From a virus (lineage: Duplodnaviria; Heunggongvirae; Uroviricota; Caudoviricetes), in the IMG/VR virus record IMGVR_UViG_2724679540_000005: DNA of 7,764 nt; one strand, given 5' to 3'. The position numbers were made by a program, and so were the translations under genes. Below are positions 6,300 through 7,764 of the stretch, one piece after another. A model generated the notes under the pieces. That model saw only the letters and a program-made list of their open reading frames with translations, was not told the origin of the DNA and ran no database searches. Every line of letters begins with the position of its first letter. Position 1 is the first letter of the stretch.

Positions 6300-6558
6300 T
6301 TAGTTTCCTTGTTTATGCCTTGCTGGTGATGTTCTGAAAAGTATAAATGATATTTTTGAATTAAACCATAGAGCAGAATTATTTTTCTGATGTTGTTTAT
6401 TGTTTATTTAAATGCAGGGTGGTTTATATCTCGTCTTGTAGTTTATCCATGCATATCTGCTTGATAATCAGGTTTTTATTTAAGGTATGGTTTTGTGTTT
6501 TTTCTGTATTACATGTCAGGTATTTTAAAGAATTATTTTTCAGATGGTGGAAAGAACC

Positions 6559-6747
6559 ATGGCATTTAAACACTATGATGTTGTCAGGGCGGCGCCGCCG
6601 TCAGATCTTGCGGAAAAGCTGACACATAAACTGAAAGAGGGCTGGCAGCCGTTTGGTAGTCCGGTGGCCATAACCCCTTATACCCTGATGCAGGCGATTG
6701 CAGCAGAAGGTGATGTGGTGGTCAGTGGTGCAACTGAGCCGGAGTGA
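6559..6747 (+). CDS. Small phage protein resembling the DUF1737 family (62 aa from ATG 6559)
   Basis: GGTGGAAAG ribosome-binding site 5 nt before ATG 6559; the track's ATG 6544 has none. Sequence MAFKHYDVVRAAPPSDLAEKLTHKLKEGWQPFGSPVAI...LMQAI fits the recalled DUF1737 pattern. Such genes commonly sit next to lambdoid lysis genes. Confidence 0.5.
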   Translation: MAFKHYDVVRAAPPSDLAEKLTHKLKEGWQPFGSPVAITPYTLMQAIAAEGDVVVSGATEPE

Positions 6748-6989
6748 TACTACGTCATCGTACTGGCCCGGCATTCCAGGCCATAAAAGACAGTCTGGCA
6801 GTGGGACTAAATGCACTGACGCTGACGGATATTACCAAAAATGCAACGTATGGCGTTGAGATAGAAAGTCTGGTGCTGGAGATAAATGCACCGGCATCAT
6901 CATAAAAAGTGAGCCAGTCAAATGGAAGGTATCGTTAAACTCACCGGTAGTGTCAGTGGGTCGTCTGAGACGCTTGCATGAGTTATCAG

Positions 6990-7023
6990 AGCCATCAGTA
7001 GTTAACTGGTGGCTTTTTTATTG
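6990..7023 (+). terminator. Rho-independent terminator just upstream of the holin gene
   Basis: Stem AGCCATCAG / CTGGTGGCT (9 bp, one G-U pair), loop TAGTTAA, followed by TTTTTTATTGTTG. Confidence 0.55.
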
Positions 7024-7054
7024 TTGTCAGCTTCCGGATAACGGGAGACGGGGT

Positions 7055-7234
7055 ATGGACCAGATGGAAAAAATCACAACAGGTGTGTCATACACCACGT
7101 CAGCGGTGGGAACGGGCTACTGGTTCCTGCAGTTGCTGGACAGGTTTTCCCCGTCTCAGTGGGCGGCAATAGGCGTGCTGGGGAGTCTGCTGTTTGGGCT
7201 GCTGACATATCTGACTGAGGTGTACTGGCAATAG
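7055..7234 (+). pseudogene. S21-type holin/pinholin (EssD/EssQ family), truncated after about 53 codons by the IS insertion at 7215/7216
   Basis: GGGAGACGGGG ribosome-binding site then ATG 7055. [53 protein letters not shown] matches phage 21 S / EssQ as recalled, including a Met1/Met4 dual-start arrangement. The frame runs into IS sequence and stops at 7232-7234 (TEVYWQ*), so the cytoplasmic C-terminal tail is missing. Confidence 0.75.
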
Positions 7235-7764
7235 CGGACACTACCATTTGTTCTTTTTTTAAGCAGCCATCTGATGATATTTTTCCCTGAAGGCTGCCGG
7301 GGAGATATTCCCCAGACGAGAGTGACGACGCTGACGATTGTAGAAAATCTCAATGTATTCCCGTATTACTGAGATGGCTTCATCCCGGTTATTAAAACGA
7401 TAGTGGCTCAGGCTCTCATTTTTCAGCGTTCCCCAGAAGCTTTCCATCGGAGCGTTGTCGTAACAGTTACCTTTACGCGACATTGATGTTTTCAGACCAA
7501 ACTGCTCCTGTATGACCCGGTAATCGTATGCGCAGTACTGTGAACCTCGATCAGAGTGGTGGATTAGCCCGGCAGGTGGGCGCTGGCTCCTGAGCGCCAT
7601 AAACAGGGCTTTACCTGTCAGCTCTTTTGTCATGCGCTCTCCCATGGCGTAGCCGACAATTTCGCACGTATAAACATCTTTGATGCCAGCGAGGTACAAC
7701 CATCCCTCCTGTGTGGCAACATACGTCAGGTCCGCCACCCAGACCTGATTTGGTGCTGTAGGAG
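7216..7764 (-). mobile_element. IS3-family insertion sequence, second partial copy, inverted relative to the copy at 1-549
   Basis: Exact reverse complement of 1-549. The terminus TGAGGTG... begins at 7216 and interrupts the holin ORF. Confidence 0.85.
7259..7764 (-). CDS. IS3-family transposase OrfB (DDE core), 5'-truncated by the window edge
   Basis: Translation identical to the left-end copy (159-aa track ORF). Frame is open to the window edge. Confidence 0.9.
   Translation of the reverse strand, partial: PTAPNQVWVADLTYVATQEGWLYLAGIKDVYTCEIVGYAMGERMTKELTGKALFMALRSQRPPAGLIHHSDRGSQYCAYDYRVIQEQFGLKTSMSRKGNCYDNAPMESFWGTLKNESLSHYRFNNRDEAISVIREYIEIFYNRQRRHSRLGNISPAAFREKYHQMAA

Noticed and set aside
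5060-6540. Shiga toxin genes (stxA/stxB) at the Q-S locus
   Set aside because: No ORF here has the size or features of StxA (about 315 aa) or StxB (about 89 aa with a signal peptide). The locus carries different, unrecognised cargo.
6419-6816. ORFs 6419-6622(+) and 6601-6816(-)
   Set aside because: The first runs through the AT-rich promoter-like region and out of frame into the DUF1737-like gene. The second is antisense to that gene. Both are likely artefacts.
6950-7054. ATG at 6950 as the holin start (track ORF 6950-7234)
   Set aside because: No ribosome-binding site, and the N-terminal extension covers the upstream terminator hairpin. The ATG at 7055 has a GGGAGACGGGG site and gives the canonical S21-type N-terminus.
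550-7215. CTGAC at both inner IS junctions (550-554 and 7211-7215) as a possible target-site duplication
   Set aside because: Both repeats abut the same IS end in the same + strand orientation, which fits neither a simple insertion duplication nor the inverted duplication expected from replicative inversion. A 3-5 bp match is plausibly coincidental.
7156-7353. Minus-strand ORF 7156-7353 crossing the IS/holin junction
   Set aside because: It spans the IS terminus and is antisense to the holin fragment. Treated as a chance frame.
1-7764. CRISPR arrays or other tandem repeats
   Set aside because: No regularly spaced direct repeats were seen. The only large repeat is the inverted IS pair.

Overview
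The window is a ~6.7 kb stretch of a lambdoid (Qin / phage-21-like) prophage from an E. coli/Shigella-type genome, bracketed by two identical, inverted, window-truncated copies of an IS3-family insertion sequence (1-549 and 7216-7764). Between them, all on the + strand: the relB-relE-hokD toxin-antitoxin module with its operator, a rem gene split by a 1-nt loss in an A-tract, a 92-aa ORF, a YdfU-like (DUF968) protein, a RusA-type resolvase, a Q antiterminator, a PR'-like promoter with tR' terminator, and two rare-codon tRNAs (Ile2-CAU and Arg-UCU). The best candidate for something undescribed follows: a ~1.5 kb AT-rich moron locus (about 5060-6540), at the position Stx phages use for stxAB, holding two convergent orphan ORFs around a GC-richer, hairpin-dense non-coding island. 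A DUF1737-like small gene and an S21-type holin complete the window; the holin is cut by the right-hand IS copy, so the lysis cassette is probably inactive. All family assignments rest on recalled sequence similarity and gene order; nothing was searched or computed beyond reading the sequence.
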